A stretch of 64,000 bases of DNA from assembly GCF_964204645.1 (NCBI RefSeq), contig NC_134029.1, forward strand, positions 10,752,850 through 10,816,849. Direction: 5' to 3'. Positions 1 to 12,647 of the stretch are shown in pieces; within the stretch, counting starts at the first letter, position 1; each line of letters starts with the position of its first letter. The notes under the pieces were generated by a model. The model had not been told where the DNA came from. It worked only from the letters and a program-made list of their open reading frames with translations, and did not search any database. The translations under genes and the position numbers were made by a program. This DNA is from Tubulanus polymorphus. Its lineage: Eukaryota; Animalia; Nemertea.

Positions 1-1005
1 AAACATAATCTGTTGGGTTATATATTTCAAATAAATCTCTAACTTCTTCAGTCATTTCTTTTTCTGTGTGCCTTAAATTAAAAAATTTGGTTTAGATTTA
101 ATTAATTCAATATTCATATTAAATCCTAATGAATTACATAGTATATTTAGCCCACTTATTGCACATTTTCCATTTGCGCAAATGTTATTACTGGAGAACT
201 CGTAAATTTTTTAGCACCATATGCTGCGTAGAATCCAATGAAGAAGCATTTTCTAAAGATTATATTCTGCATTTAATACATAATCTGGCACTATCTTTTC
301 TTTAGTTGAAGTATTACTTTTAACTATTGCATGAATATAGAATTCGTCATTATATTTTATAGTAAAGTCTTTAGGGTTATTTACAAATATTCTATAAACC
401 GCTGATGATTTCATATCATCCACGATTCTAAATATTTTATGTGAATAAACTTCTTCACAGTATTTTATAATTCTTTCTAATAATTTCAAATCTTGGTTAC
501 ATAAATACCAACTATATTTAGTTCCACTAACAGATTTATACACACCTGCTGAACCATCTCCCATAAAAAATCCTCTGATGAAATATTCTTTTTCTTCTAA
601 TGTTTCGGGTTCTATATTATAAATATTATCAATTATTTCATCAAATGACATATGATTCATTCTTTGGAAAAATCTTTTATGCAATAATTCATCTCCAATT
701 TTTATATCAGTTGGTTTTATTTCATCACCATTTTGTTTAATTAAACTATGGTCTTCAGTAATATCTACAAACCCTAATTTAGTTCTAACTCTATAAATTT
801 TCTTATTTGTTTTATGTCTAATAATAATCTCTAATTTTTTCAATCCATTTCTTGTCCAAACATCCATTAATCCATTTATTTGTATTAATTCTTTTTCACC
901 ATATGAAATATAATGTTCATTTTGTTTTGGAATTATTTTTGAAATTCTTCTAATTAATATTTGGTTATTGTATTTTAATAATATTGGGGTATCAGCTGTT
1001 ACAGA
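1..1005 (-). mobile_element. Intein with LAGLIDADG homing endonuclease inserted at the pPolB YFD|TD (pol-c) site
   Basis: After YFD the ORF reads SVTADTPILLK (block A, Ser1), then ITEDHSL (block B TxxH) and FIRGFFMGDGS (LAGLIDADG 1). After a frameshift near 253 it reads FFIGFYAAYG (LAGLIDADG 2, degenerate) and ...PTDYV at the window edge (start of block F). Sister pPolBs read YFDTDSY. Confidence 0.93.
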
Positions 1006-1834
1006 ATCAAAATATAATATTTCAATATGCTTTTCCCCAAAAAGTGGTTGTAAAACATTATAATAAAAATCATACATTAATAATTTTGATATTTCTAAAA
1101 CAGTTGAACCAATGAATATAGGTTTTTTAAATTTCATTGACGTTCTTTTTAATTTTACCGCGGTTAAATAATCTTCAAATCTTTTATTTCCTAAATGTCT
1201 AGGACTTGATTGTAAATGTCTTAATCGTTCAGAATTATTCAATGTCATTTCTATTTCTAATATTTTCACATGTTTTTCCATAAAAACTATTATTCATTAA
1301 TTTGAAGAAATCTTTTCCAAAATCTGTTTTAGATATGGTTCTCTGTTGAGTATTAAAATCTATATATTTTTCTAACCACTTCGATTGATTAAATTCAATA
1401 TATCTATGTACTTTTATTTAATTTCATTCCTTGTTTTAGATAAAATTCTAACTTTCTATAATGAACAATATAATAGTATTTATAATTTTGCGTAAATATT
1501 AATTTTTCTGTAAAAACATGATCTTTCGGTTTTATTTTCTTCTGGTATTCACTTAAACAACTATCATCTACGGCTAAATGTTCTTGGCAATATGGTAAGT
1601 TTCTTGTTTTAAACTTTATGTTATCAGGATATTCTAAATCAACTACAAAGAAATAACCAATTGGTGCTTCATCTTTTAAACCCATAATTGCACTTTTTTA
1701 ATCAGCTTTATCATCATTTTCAACTTCTGTTTATATAAAATTTTTGTACGGTTTAGGTTGCATCATTGCCCTACCACATAAATTATTGGCGTCAATATAT
1801 AATAATTTATATTCATCATTTGCTTTAAAATGTC

Positions 1835-2674
1835 TGTCGTAGCTCGGTCCCGATTGACCGAGATTGGCCTCTGATCAACCTTAGGGCGGGAGAGCCGACG
1901 AACAAATACCGCACTCCACTCCTCACCTACGTTCCGATTCCGCAGGATGCTGTCGCAACGTTCTTCAAGACCCTTCCCTCGATCCAGTGAACAAAAGGAA
2001 TCCGTGTCCGACCCTGCAGAGCAATCAACACATGGATTGTAATATCATGCCACAGTTTATTTCATCGTACTTCACCCCATATCACTACGAGGACGACTGA
2101 CGATACCTTACAATTATTTACAATCATTCTCAGTATTACACTCATCATTCTAACAAATACCTTTCACAACACATCAAAATCACCCCAATTAATATTACGT
2201 TTTACTCACCCACGATTCATCTAATCTTATCAAGCAACAGAACTAAGTTAATATATAACAAAGGTGACACAGACTTCATACATACAAACCACAAATAATC
2301 AACAGCGCCCTCTGGATAGCGCTCAGCGCGGGAAAATCTATCAGCAATAGCTTCCCCTAAACATGCCATTAAATTACTTCAAACACCCTGACAATCAACA
2401 ATTCGAAGCCCGAGCACATCGTAGCATACTTTAAAATAGATACATGTAGAAGATTAAACTAATTTACCTGCAGAGCAATCAACACATGGATTGTAATATC
2501 ATGCCACAGTTTATTTCATCGTACTTCACCCCATATCACTTCGAGGACGACTGACGATACAGGTCTCCAAGGACGCCAACTCCATTTGGTGGCGCCACTT
2601 GCCAGACCCATGAAATGACTGCGGCACGGAAGTCGGAATTATAAGTCGACTCCGGCAAAGTCCACACTACGACA
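1835..2674. mobile_element. Solo LTR (Gypsy-like), 840 bp
   Basis: Ends TGTCGTAG...CTACGACA; 4-bp TSD TGTC at 1831-1834 and 2675-2678. Removing it restores the pPolB frame GDRHFKANDEYKLLYIDANNL. Internal ~90-bp direct repeat at ~2014-2106 and ~2468-2560. Confidence 0.88.
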
Positions 2675-5416
2675 TGTCTATCTCCCATAACACCACTAAT
2701 TCCACCTCTAATTGATTTTTCAAATAATAAAACCATGTCTGGTTCTTTTACTAAATCTAATTCTACATTTGTATATTTTAAACCACGTTGCCAAGTTAAA
2801 CCAGCACTTGAATAACAATAACAGGGATCAACATTAAAATGATTCAAATATTAACTTCTCTACATTTTCAAATATGTCAGCCAATATCATAACATCTGAT
2901 TTTAAGTATAAATCTACTAAGTCACCATGATTTTTTATCTTAAAGTGATTCCAAATATTTAATGTTCTATTAAAAACTTCATCTTTCACATACTCCTCTT
3001 TTAATTGATCATAAAATTGTTCTTTTAATAATTCTGTTACATTAAAATCATCATGTGTTTTATAAAATGCACCTTTATATCTCAATAATTTAAAATCTTG
3101 TTCATTTGGATAATAATGTTGAGTTATTATTGAATCATTATCAATGAAACTTTTTGCTAAATTATCTAATGAACTTGCTAGAAATCTATAAGAATCTAAA
3201 AATCTAATGCAACCAAATTGAAATGAAATATAATTTTCAGATGTCTTAGCTAATAGTTTAAAATCATATTTTCTTACATTTGCTTCATTCATAGCATTAT
3301 ATTCTTCTATTTCTTGATTAATTGCGGCCAATTTTCCTGATAATCGTTTTATAAATAGATGGGTATCATAGCCTGAAATAATATTGGTACGAAATTAACT
3401 TTCTTAGCTTGTAAATTGCAATCTTCATGTGCAGCTCCACGATATTTTGAATTTAAATGATCATGATCTCTAACTTTTTTATCAAATGAATAAAAACGTT
3501 TTTCACAGTTACAACAATGAGTTGCATAATTAATATCAATTTCATCTTCTTTTGTCATAACTATTCCTTTATTTTTGTTTAATAATTTTGCAAAGTCATT
3601 ATCTATTTCAATTATATTATTACAAAATTCATTTACTATATCTTCACTTCTAAAAGAAATATATTGACTTTCATATAATTCAGGATAATTTGATTTTATA
3701 TAAATTCCATAAGCAGCAGCTCTTTGGTGAACTTTTTTAATTGTATTTATAATTGGTGGGTCTTGAATTATATCTTCATTTAGTTCATTTCCTTTATCCA
3801 TTGGTTTTAAAAATTGCTTTTTGTTATATATTTCTTTTCTATCTTGATCAGTTAATTCTTTATTCATCAATTACAAATGGAACAATATTATTAAATTTAT
3901 GATTAATGAATTTCAACTTACAATCTTTTTGTTGGCATTATTAATTTGCAAAAATCTTTATTACCACATAATTCTTTATGTTTTAGTAACGCATTCTCAG
4001 TCATAAATTTAGATAAACATTTTCTACATAGATAAATTTTACGATGGCGATCACTTTCTGTTGTTCTAAAGAATAAATCTATTTGTTTTAACCACATATA
4101 ATGTTCATTTTCATCTTTTTTGTAATATAACAAATCTATAACATTTTCATCATCATAATATTCTGTTAAATACAAAGCTTCCAATGTATAATCTTTAATA
4201 TTTTCACCTTTTGTCTCTGGTAATTGCATTAATTCGAATACATATATTTTTAAATTATTAACTTTTTCTATTTTAGGTATCATTTTTATAGTTACAGGAT
4301 ATTGATCAATTTTATATAATGTTTTATATTTCCGGTAATCTGTTATTCTAAAAACTATGCGTAATATCTTTTGTTGGGTGTAAACAACTAATAATTGACC
4401 ATAGAAAACATTTATTATCTTCATTTTGAACATTTATTACTGCTTTTGTTGTAAATGGTAATTTAATATAAGATGATGCTTTAATATCCTTTTCTGTTGT
4501 AAAGTTTGAATCATTTTTAAACATTGTTTTACTTTTTGATGCTTTATTCCTTTTTGTATTATAAATATTCAAATCTAAAAACATAATTTCATTCAATGTT
4601 AAACCAGAACCCTCAAAATATCTTTCCTCAATATGACGTTTAAATTCATTAAATATGTTTTCTAATTTCTCTTTTATTTGTGTTTTTGAAATTATTTCTT
4701 CAAAGTGTGTTTGAATATTATAATCCATTTTTTCTTCTGATTTAATAAAACTTACTTTTCCAGAAATACTAATTTTTGGATATTCAACATCTGTTACCAA
4801 ATCTAGTATTTTTTCCATGATTTCAATACATTTACTATAATCTTCTATTGTTGTACCTTTAAAAAATCTAAATATAATAGCTGCGGGACCAATTTTACTA
4901 CGTAATGTTTCTAACATTTCAATTGTATTTTTTAGTGAATCGATATAATTTCTAACATTTTCCATGTAAGGTTTATTTGAAATAGATTTAGTTTTTGAAA
5001 CAGTTTTTTTTACTTGTTGAGGTTTATCATCAAAATAATCTGTTCCTAAAACATTATTACTTAAATTTTTTTTGTGTTTATTGCGATTCGAGATGTCTTT
5101 TATAATTCCTTTTGCTATAAATTCATTAAAAACTTCACATTTTATTTCATCCACATTCATATTTTCTAATCGTTCTTTTCTTTCATTGGAATTTTCTGGA
5201 GTTTCAAAATCTGTAACATTTTTTATATGATTTGCAGTTTTTTCATGACGCGATTTTTGAGATTTATCGATGAATTTTTTACAATATGAACAATAATATT
5301 GATTTTTATTAACATCATTTTTTTCAGTCTGGATCTCTCTATCTCCCATTTTATAAGAAAAAAAAATTACTTGTGGTGATGATGAGTGGGGCGCGGTTAC
5401 TGTCCCCCTGTATATA

Positions 5417-5640
5417 GCAAACACGCTATTAACCGTTCTCGTCCAAGCCTCGCTGCATCTATCTAACCGAGCATGGCTGGTTGCTCAATCACTGTACTAC
5501 AGTAATAGCAAACGCGCTAATAACCGTTCTCGTTAGCGCCTCGCTGCATCGATCTATCCAAGCGCAGCTGTTGTTACGCTCACTCACTGTATACGTATAG
5601 CACAACGCTGTTGACCGTTCTCGTTAGTGCCTAGCTGTGA
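5417..5640. repeat. Degenerate tandem repeat, ~91-bp unit, ~2.5 copies
   Basis: gcaaac.cgcta.taaccgttctcgt...gcctcgctgcatc recurs at ~5417, ~5508 and ~5601. Confidence 0.8.
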
Positions 5641-5729
5641 TGAGTGGTGTGTCGACCTCTCGACCTCTGGTATGAAACCCCACTTTTACAATTACTTATA
5701 ACACTTTCCTTTATTATTTCATTTTCAGG

Positions 5730-7577
5730 ATCATCTAGTGTTTTGTGCAGGTTGAGAACGCAATTTCAAAAACGGAAGGCCGGCACCAAGAAATCAATGA
5801 CGACAAAAAATGCAGAGAAAGATACACGACGAATAAAACTAGGTTGGAAACACGCCGTCAAAAGCGGGACCTTTGTACTAGTCACTGTAAGCAAGGGTAG
5901 GGTAGGGGGGCACACACTTTGGACCTGAAAAAAGAAATGAATTTGTTTGCCTTAACCATGGAGTTCTTAAACCTATTTTTTCCAGACGGCAAATCGAATG
6001 CGATGAACCTAAAAATCAATGATGTGAGCTATCACCTAGCAAACTTCAATAATAATCGGTTATGTGATTATCTTGAGTGTGGTAATGATTTTGGTCTAGA
6101 GGCCTACATCCCAGCACATAAAACAAACGCTATTAGGCTCTATCTTCACACAACTGTTTTAGTTGACGATAGTGATGATGAAACATCCTTGCCATCCATG
6201 TCATCCTTTCTTGCTAATACCCACCAGCCACCGATTTCTGAGTCAACTTTACCTATGTTTTCGTTGATGCAACCGGCATTGTCGTTTACGCCAGCAGCCT
6301 CATCTACAATTTCGGCTAGAAGTGATATTCAACCTATTGTTTTAACTACGCATACCCAATCTGCCCATACACTTCCAACTCCATTTGCGGCCGGGATTCA
6401 GTCTGGTTATGTGCCTACCGGTGCTGTTGGCATACATACCGGTGCAAATGATACACATTCCCGTGATGGTATAGCAGATATCAACTTTAATGATTTCGAA
6501 TTGATACAGCTTGATACGCTTACAATTCAATTCAGAGTACAGACGAGTGGCGAGTTATCACAAGAAGAGATTAATCGCATTGAACAATACCCCTTCTGGT
6601 TCGCAGAACAGCCATGGTCGATGATATGATAAACGCTTTTTGTGATGCATCGGTGATGGTGAAAATAATAAATGCTCGAATGATACTCCCTAATGGAAAT
6701 GTTGAAGCCGGAGAAGGACACGGTGTCTTTCGAGAGTGTCTCACTGAATTTTGGTCAGAATTTAGAAAGCAATGTATGACGGGTAGTAGTCAGATGATCC
6801 CTCTCATACGCCATGATTATGGCACGGAAAAATGGAAGGCTGTAGGACGCATCATCAGTAAAGGATTTCAGGAAACATCATTCCCAATATTCCTCGCGCA
6901 GCCATTTGTTTCCGAATTGTTCTTCCAGCAGGATGATAGCGTAGACTTGGTCGAATCATTCCTGAAATATGTTTCTCCGTCTGAGGAGCTGATATTTCGA
7001 CGCGCATTGGCTAATTTCGATGATGAAGCAAATGACGTCGATAGAAGAGATAATAGACATACTGGGGGGATATGAATGTCGGAAACTTCCTACGAAGGAG
7101 AACTTCTTTATGTTGATTCGGGAAATTAGTCACCAGGAATTGGTGCAAAAGCCGAGATTTATAGTCGATTGTATAAAACCTATGATACAGAAATATGTAA
7201 CAATATCATATAAACAGTACCTCGATCTTTGTACAGATCTTAAACCCTCCTGTCGCAAAGTGGTAGAATTACTTTCTTTTCCAAACGTTTTGTCAGCTCC
7301 TCAGTCAAATGTTGCTACGTTACTGAAGAGATATGTCAGATCATTGGATGAAAGCATGTTGTCTATGTTCCTCCGCTATTGTACTGGTTCTGACATCTGT
7401 AACTGCCAAAAGATTGACGTGACCTTTACTAAGGTAGACGGTCTCCAACGAGCTCCAGTTTCTCGAACATGTGCCCAGATATTGGAGTTACCAGAAACAT
7501 ATGAAGAATACGTCGAACTGAAACAAGAATTCGATTATATTCTCCAGAGCAATGTTTGGGTTATGGACGTCGCATAA
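5730..7577 (+). pseudogene. HECT-domain E3 ubiquitin ligase (G2E3-like, transposon-borne), frameshifted
   Basis: ORFs 5644-5928, 5919-6629, 6614-7075 and 7020-7577. Motifs EAGEGHGVFRECLTEFW, WKAVGRII, FLRYCTGSD, PVSRTCAQILELP (catalytic Cys) and the C-terminus WVMDVA. Splice acceptor ttttcag at ~5723-5729. Confidence 0.85.
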
Positions 7578-7785
7578 AACTATTCTAGAAACGAAATGAC
7601 GTAATCCACGTAAGTTTCATATGTTCAAAGTTGGATGAAAACGTGTTTAAGTTCTTTTGTTTAGGCCTAAAGTGGTGTGTTTATTTTTAATATTGCCAGC
7701 CCTGATGTCGTTTCTTTTATCATAGAATTACTTAGTGACGATCTTTTTAACGATAGAAGTAATTATTCATGCAGTGCATTTTGAC

Positions 7786-7896
7786 CAGGTTCTACAGTTC
7801 TCGGTTAAGTTTGACTCTAGAGTTAAAGCATTGGAAATATTGAAAATAAACCGACTTAACTCTCGAGTCAAACCTTACCGAGAGCTGTTAAACTTG
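7786..7896. mobile_element. Small fold-back MITE (~110 bp)
   Basis: caggttctacagttctcggttaagtttgactctagagttaa pairs imperfectly with ttaactctcgagtcaaaccttaccgagagctgttaaacttg. Confidence 0.7.
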
Positions 7897-8750
7897 CTCC
7901 TTATATATGTCGTTTCAAATCAGGGCATCAATCATGACCAAGTACGTTTTTGTTTGTATTGAAAACAGGGGGATTTGCGGGCGCCACTTCTCTGCTGTCA
8001 AGTTATGTATATCCAGAAAATAAACATAATGCAAAAAACATATAAAAGTCATCCATACAACGTTTTTCAAATCAATATCTAATCTCTAGATTGCCTTTAG
8101 AAGTTTGGATGGCAATGTTTATGTCTTGAAATTTAGGGATTAGTATCTGAATGTGACTGCCTTGTCAGCAAAAGTTATTTTGACAGCTGAGCTACCACTG
8201 GCGCCATCTATCGAACATTATTGGAAGCTTTTCCCAAATTGAGAATTTTACTGCCAAAGCTGCCATAAATCATTGGACATAACGTTTTTTAGCGTTGCTT
8301 ATTTTGTGACTGAAAATAATGATTAATGAAAAAAATAAACCTCATCAACCTTTGAGGTGACGGTTAACTGATACCTTACTTTCATAGGCCTTAGGAAACG
8401 CATAGTTCATAGTATATATACTATAAATGTAAACAAAAGGTTAATTGGCTTCAAATTGCAGAAAATTTTACTTAATTCCAATGGCTAAAAGATTTATTTT
8501 AAAACAATAATTTCTAAGCGATTTGTTTTAGAACAAAAATATTAAGAAAATTGGAATTTGGTACTTAAATGACATGAAAAACTGATTTGACAATTCATGC
8601 TGATAACAATTAATATACTTATTGTACACTCAAAGCCAAGGTTTATTGAATATTTTTAATATGAATATTTTGATTTCCCTCATTAAAAAGCAACATTTTT
8701 CTTTACAATTGCAAACATCCTAAATTGTGTATTTCCTTATTTCTTTGCAG

Positions 8751-10355
8751 ATGTGAGGATGCTAGAGCATTTGGCAAACAGATCGACATCAAGATTGATA
8801 AGGGAAAATGGTATGAAAAGAAGATGCTTGAACAAAACAAATCAACAAATACGACAATTCAGCCTACACTCATACCGATAACAGGCTGGAGTGAGTTCAA
8901 GCCAGAGTCACTACCTCAATTATTCAATTATGGACACGTTTATTACTGGCTAGTTGAATCTCTCCCGTCATTTTCCAGTGCAGTCGACGATGACAGTGAC
9001 CAGGATGACACATCTTACTCTCCCTTACCAACACAGAAGCAGCTTACCAGGGGTAGACAATATGTGAAATCGGGTTTTGTTAGTGAAGTCTTTGTTAAAG
9101 TTTCAAACGATATTGTGTTTTTGAAGGGGAAAGTCAATGCATCTATGAAAAAAATTCTGTATTCGATAACTGATCTATGTCTAAGATTAGTGGAGCAATT
9201 AAGGATGCAAGTTGCCATTGTAAAGCATCGGCTTTATCTCGCTGTAGCCATGTTGCAGCTTTATTATTATGCCTTAACGACTGTGCTGGAACCCAATCCC
9301 CAGCATGTACTTCGGTACCCTGCCAGTGGAAACAAAAGCACCTGCAAGTATTAATAAAGCTGTATACAGCGACACGCCAAAAAAGAAATAATTAAGTTTG
9401 ACCCCATGAAGATCAAAGGGAAGTGAGCAATACTATGATCAATATATTTTTATCAGATTTGTCTTGGGGAAGTGCCACCTGTATGTGGCAAACTGTTTTG
9501 ATTTACAAATTTGATGACTATCAATTAACGAATGAAAGAAAAGGTATACTTTTAGAGTGGAAAAGCCTCCTAAAATCTAACCTAACTCCACTTGGAGATT
9601 TATCCAGCAAATATGCAGTTATGATTCCGGGCACCGAGGAACAAACATCCTGCGATTATTGGCATTCCCACCGTTATATCAGGATGACTGCATCCCACGC
9701 AAAAGAAACTGTTTTGTTATGGTCTGCTGTTGAAAAGGAACTGTCCACTAGCGTTTTAATCCGTGCCAAAAACTACATGAAGAGAAATTTTTGGGGCATT
9801 GATACTGTGACAACCTATTATATGAAGAGAGGTAATGACCTCGAGGACAGGGCTCGTAGTCTATACTCTGCTATCAACCCAACATATACTGTCACAATGA
9901 CAGGTCTCTGGGTGAACATAGATCTTCCACAGTTAGCCTGTAGTCCATATGGTTTGGTTTATATATCAACCCAAAATGAATATGGTATCTTAGAAATCAA
10001 ATGCCTAAAAATACTTCAGAAGTATTCAGTCTCAGAACTTATCGAAGCCCATAAAATAGAACCCAGTATGATTAGATCTGCTTGTTTTAGGATTTCACAG
10101 AACAAACTTGTATTGAAAAGATCACACCAATATAATTACCAGGTTCAGTTTCAACTGGGCACTACTGGATTTAAGTGGTGCGATTTTGTTTTGTACTCTT
10201 CAAAAGGTGACCCTTCTTTTGAAAGAATATATCCAGACAAGAAATTCATTGCTGATATGTTAACTGCTAATCTGCGATTGTGGGCTGCCATAATTGCTCC
10301 AGAGATTTTTGAAATCCGTGCACCACGAGAACTGAAACCATTCGTCCTAAAATAG
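8751..10355 (+). pseudogene. SWIM zinc finger plus YqaJ/lambda-exonuclease-family protein, frameshifted
   Basis: GRQYVKSGFV, VNASMKK, CHCKASALSRCSHVAALL (SWIM), WHSHRYIRMTAS, MKRGNDLE, LACSPYG (D to Y), LEIKC, YNYQVQFQL, WCDFV. Acceptor ttgcag at 8745-8750. Confidence 0.88.
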
Positions 10356-10493
10356 TAACAATTCATGTATTCAAAGTATATATAATAATTCATATTATGC
10401 ATCGATCATATTCTGTGAATAAAACATATTTTTGATAAGACAAGGTGATTTGTACAGTACTTTATGGAATTTACACAAAAACATTGAGGATTT

Positions 10494-12475
10494 TTAAGTA
10501 GCTAATTGTTCCTGAAAATTAACAAGAAAACAAGAGACAAACACCGCTTGTGTAGCAAGTGGTGTCATATTGAGAGGCATGATACCAGAAATTAATCTAA
10601 ATTTCTTAATACGTTCATTATATCGTTCTACATGTACACGTGCTTTTGCAATTTTCCTAGTTAGAAGTTCTTCCTGGGGAGTGAGTTTTTCCCTTCCACT
10701 TAAAAAGGGGGGTATGTTGAAGCTAACTTGACGTGACATTAGAAGATCTTCTACAATAAATCCTCGATCAGCCAGTATTAAGTCACCAGGTTTAAAATGA
10801 TTCAAAATTCCACACTTCTCAAATATGTCCCGGTCACTGATGGTATCTTCGAACAGATCTGAGACAAAAATTGCTGTACCATTGGGTGCGACGGCTATGA
10901 GGCATTTAAACGTATCATGATGATGTTTATAGTTAGAGAACAGATTGGCCTGTCTTCCAAGATTTCCCGGCATTTGTACGAAAAACTCTGTACAATCAAT
11001 AGAACACCGTACGTCTTAAAATCATTTAAACGATTCTGGCATATATTTCTTCAAAACATTTCTATCTGGGAACATTTTCTCCCTCAAGCCATCAAAATAG
11101 GCTCATCAAAATGGCAATACAACAATTGAAGCCACGTTGAGAAAATGCATCGCAATCCAGTCAAAGATACATTAAAGAAAAGTTTCATAGTAAAAAAACA
11201 GTATCCTCGTCTAAGTCGTACAAGTGTAATAAAAAGTTCATCAAGGGGTTTCGTATTGGCCGGTTTGGTTTTCTTATTCCAGTAAGTAAGATTACTTGTG
11301 CATGGGCCGAGAAACTGGAATAAAGCCAGGAACTGTACGAACGCGAGCCCTGTAAGAAATTTCATCTTAACGTCATCATTTTGAACATTTTCGAGGCTTA
11401 GTAATGAGTTTTCAGTAGTCCCAGATAGACGTGATGCATTGATGGAAGTATTCATCTCATTTCGCAGTATCATAGTTTCTATTTTCGACTAAAGTTCGTA
11501 TTTCTCATAAACAGTCTGTGTTACAGCATCCTGTTTTAATTGGGCGTCTACAGGTAAAACAAGAACTGGTTCCGTTTGTATTCCCACGTCAACCTAGAAA
11601 AAAACCACAAACTTTACTTCAAATACTAAGAAAAATTCATCTGAAAATGCAATTCTCCATCATTAGCAATTAACATGGTCGAAGAAATGTCAATATCTTA
11701 TTCTTACCTTATTTTTTGACTTCGGTAAAGCAGGAACTATTGAAGAATCACCCATTTGAATCATGCTCATATTAAGCAATGCCTCAGCTGCTGAAATCTC
11801 AGAACTGTCATCAAAGACGAGGCGTTTCCGTTTGCAGGGAGTACTCATTGATCGAGGGAAAGGAGCTTTGCGACAGCCACGTTCGAATTTTTCACGCTGA
11901 AAAATTAAACTTTTTACAGATGAGACAACTTCTTAATTTAAAATGTCACAAGATGGCGTAGGATATTGTACAACTACGCCTAGCCGGAACTTCTCGACTT
12001 GGACTGTTGAAACTTTAAGTCGACAGAAATTCCTGCAGAATTATTATTCATACTTTCTTTTTGGTGTAAGTAAGATAAGACATTATCCGTTGAAGACAGA
12101 AGCAACTAGTTCAAAATATCTGTAATAAATTCAAGACACATAAACTAGAAAGAAAGCATGACACTGACAGGCAGTCAAAAGAAAACTTACTTCTTGTGGT
12201 GTCGTTGCTGTTGCAGGAACTGGGTCAGGAAATTTTTCCGTTGGCCCTTTCCCATCAACGAAGTGTTTACTGCATATGAAAGTCATCTTTGTTATCTTGT
12301 TGACATTGAACTGATCGTGGGGTCGGCCACAGCACTTTATCCATCTCGTACACTTTGCTAACTGGGTCTTAGGTTTCGGAAAGTTTTAAAAAAATACACC
12401 TTTCATACCTTCCCTATCAGGGTACCGACTTTCGCTGTTGCAAGTGCCGTAACAGCAGTGCATTTTATAACCCAT
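10494..12475 (-). pseudogene. THAP plus HTH plus DDE (Harbinger/ISL2EU-type) transposase, spliced and decayed
   Basis: Exon 12191-12475 reads MGYKMHCCYGTCNS...FPKPK...RWIKCCGR...FICSKHF...PDPVP (THAP). 11084-11473 has FLTGL...LFITLVRLRRG (HTH). 10494-10973 has FSNYKHH, ILADRGF, IAKARVHVER (DDE). Confidence 0.9.
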
Positions 12476-12647
12476 TATATGAACACGGTGTCTAAAATGA
12501 TCCTTAAACACCGGATAAAAACAACACACTTCAACAAGAACTACGACTGAACCGTAGCAAGTTTGCCTGACTTCCTGGTTTGTGCAATACCCGGATGTGA
12601 CCTTGACTCATTCATTGTTTCTATTAATAGATCTAGTGCGCTGCGCT

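Larger units (their letters stand above)
1..5349 (-). pseudogene. Protein-primed family B DNA polymerase (Polinton pPolB), frameshifted, interrupted by a solo LTR and containing an intein
   Basis: ORF pieces 4348-5424, 3918-4433, 3349-3870, 2834-3331, 2536-2847, 1404-1685 and 253-1281. Motifs NVQNEDNKCFLWSII, VRDHDHLNSKYRGAAHEDCNL, FLDSYRFL, YLKSDV, SIRGG, YIDANNL, KPIFIG, ILYFD. Likely ATG at 5349. Confidence 0.92.
1..5380 (-). mobile_element. Polinton/Maverick element 1, fragment (pPolB end; continues off the left edge)
   Basis: Very AT-rich segment wholly occupied by a fragmented protein-primed PolB homologous to the copies at 28659-32344 and 47215-51212; no TIR recognised. Confidence 0.88.

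Noticed and set aside
2536-2674. C-terminal extension VVVWTLPES... of ORF 2536-2847
   Set aside because: Read-through from pPolB into the solo LTR, not a real domain
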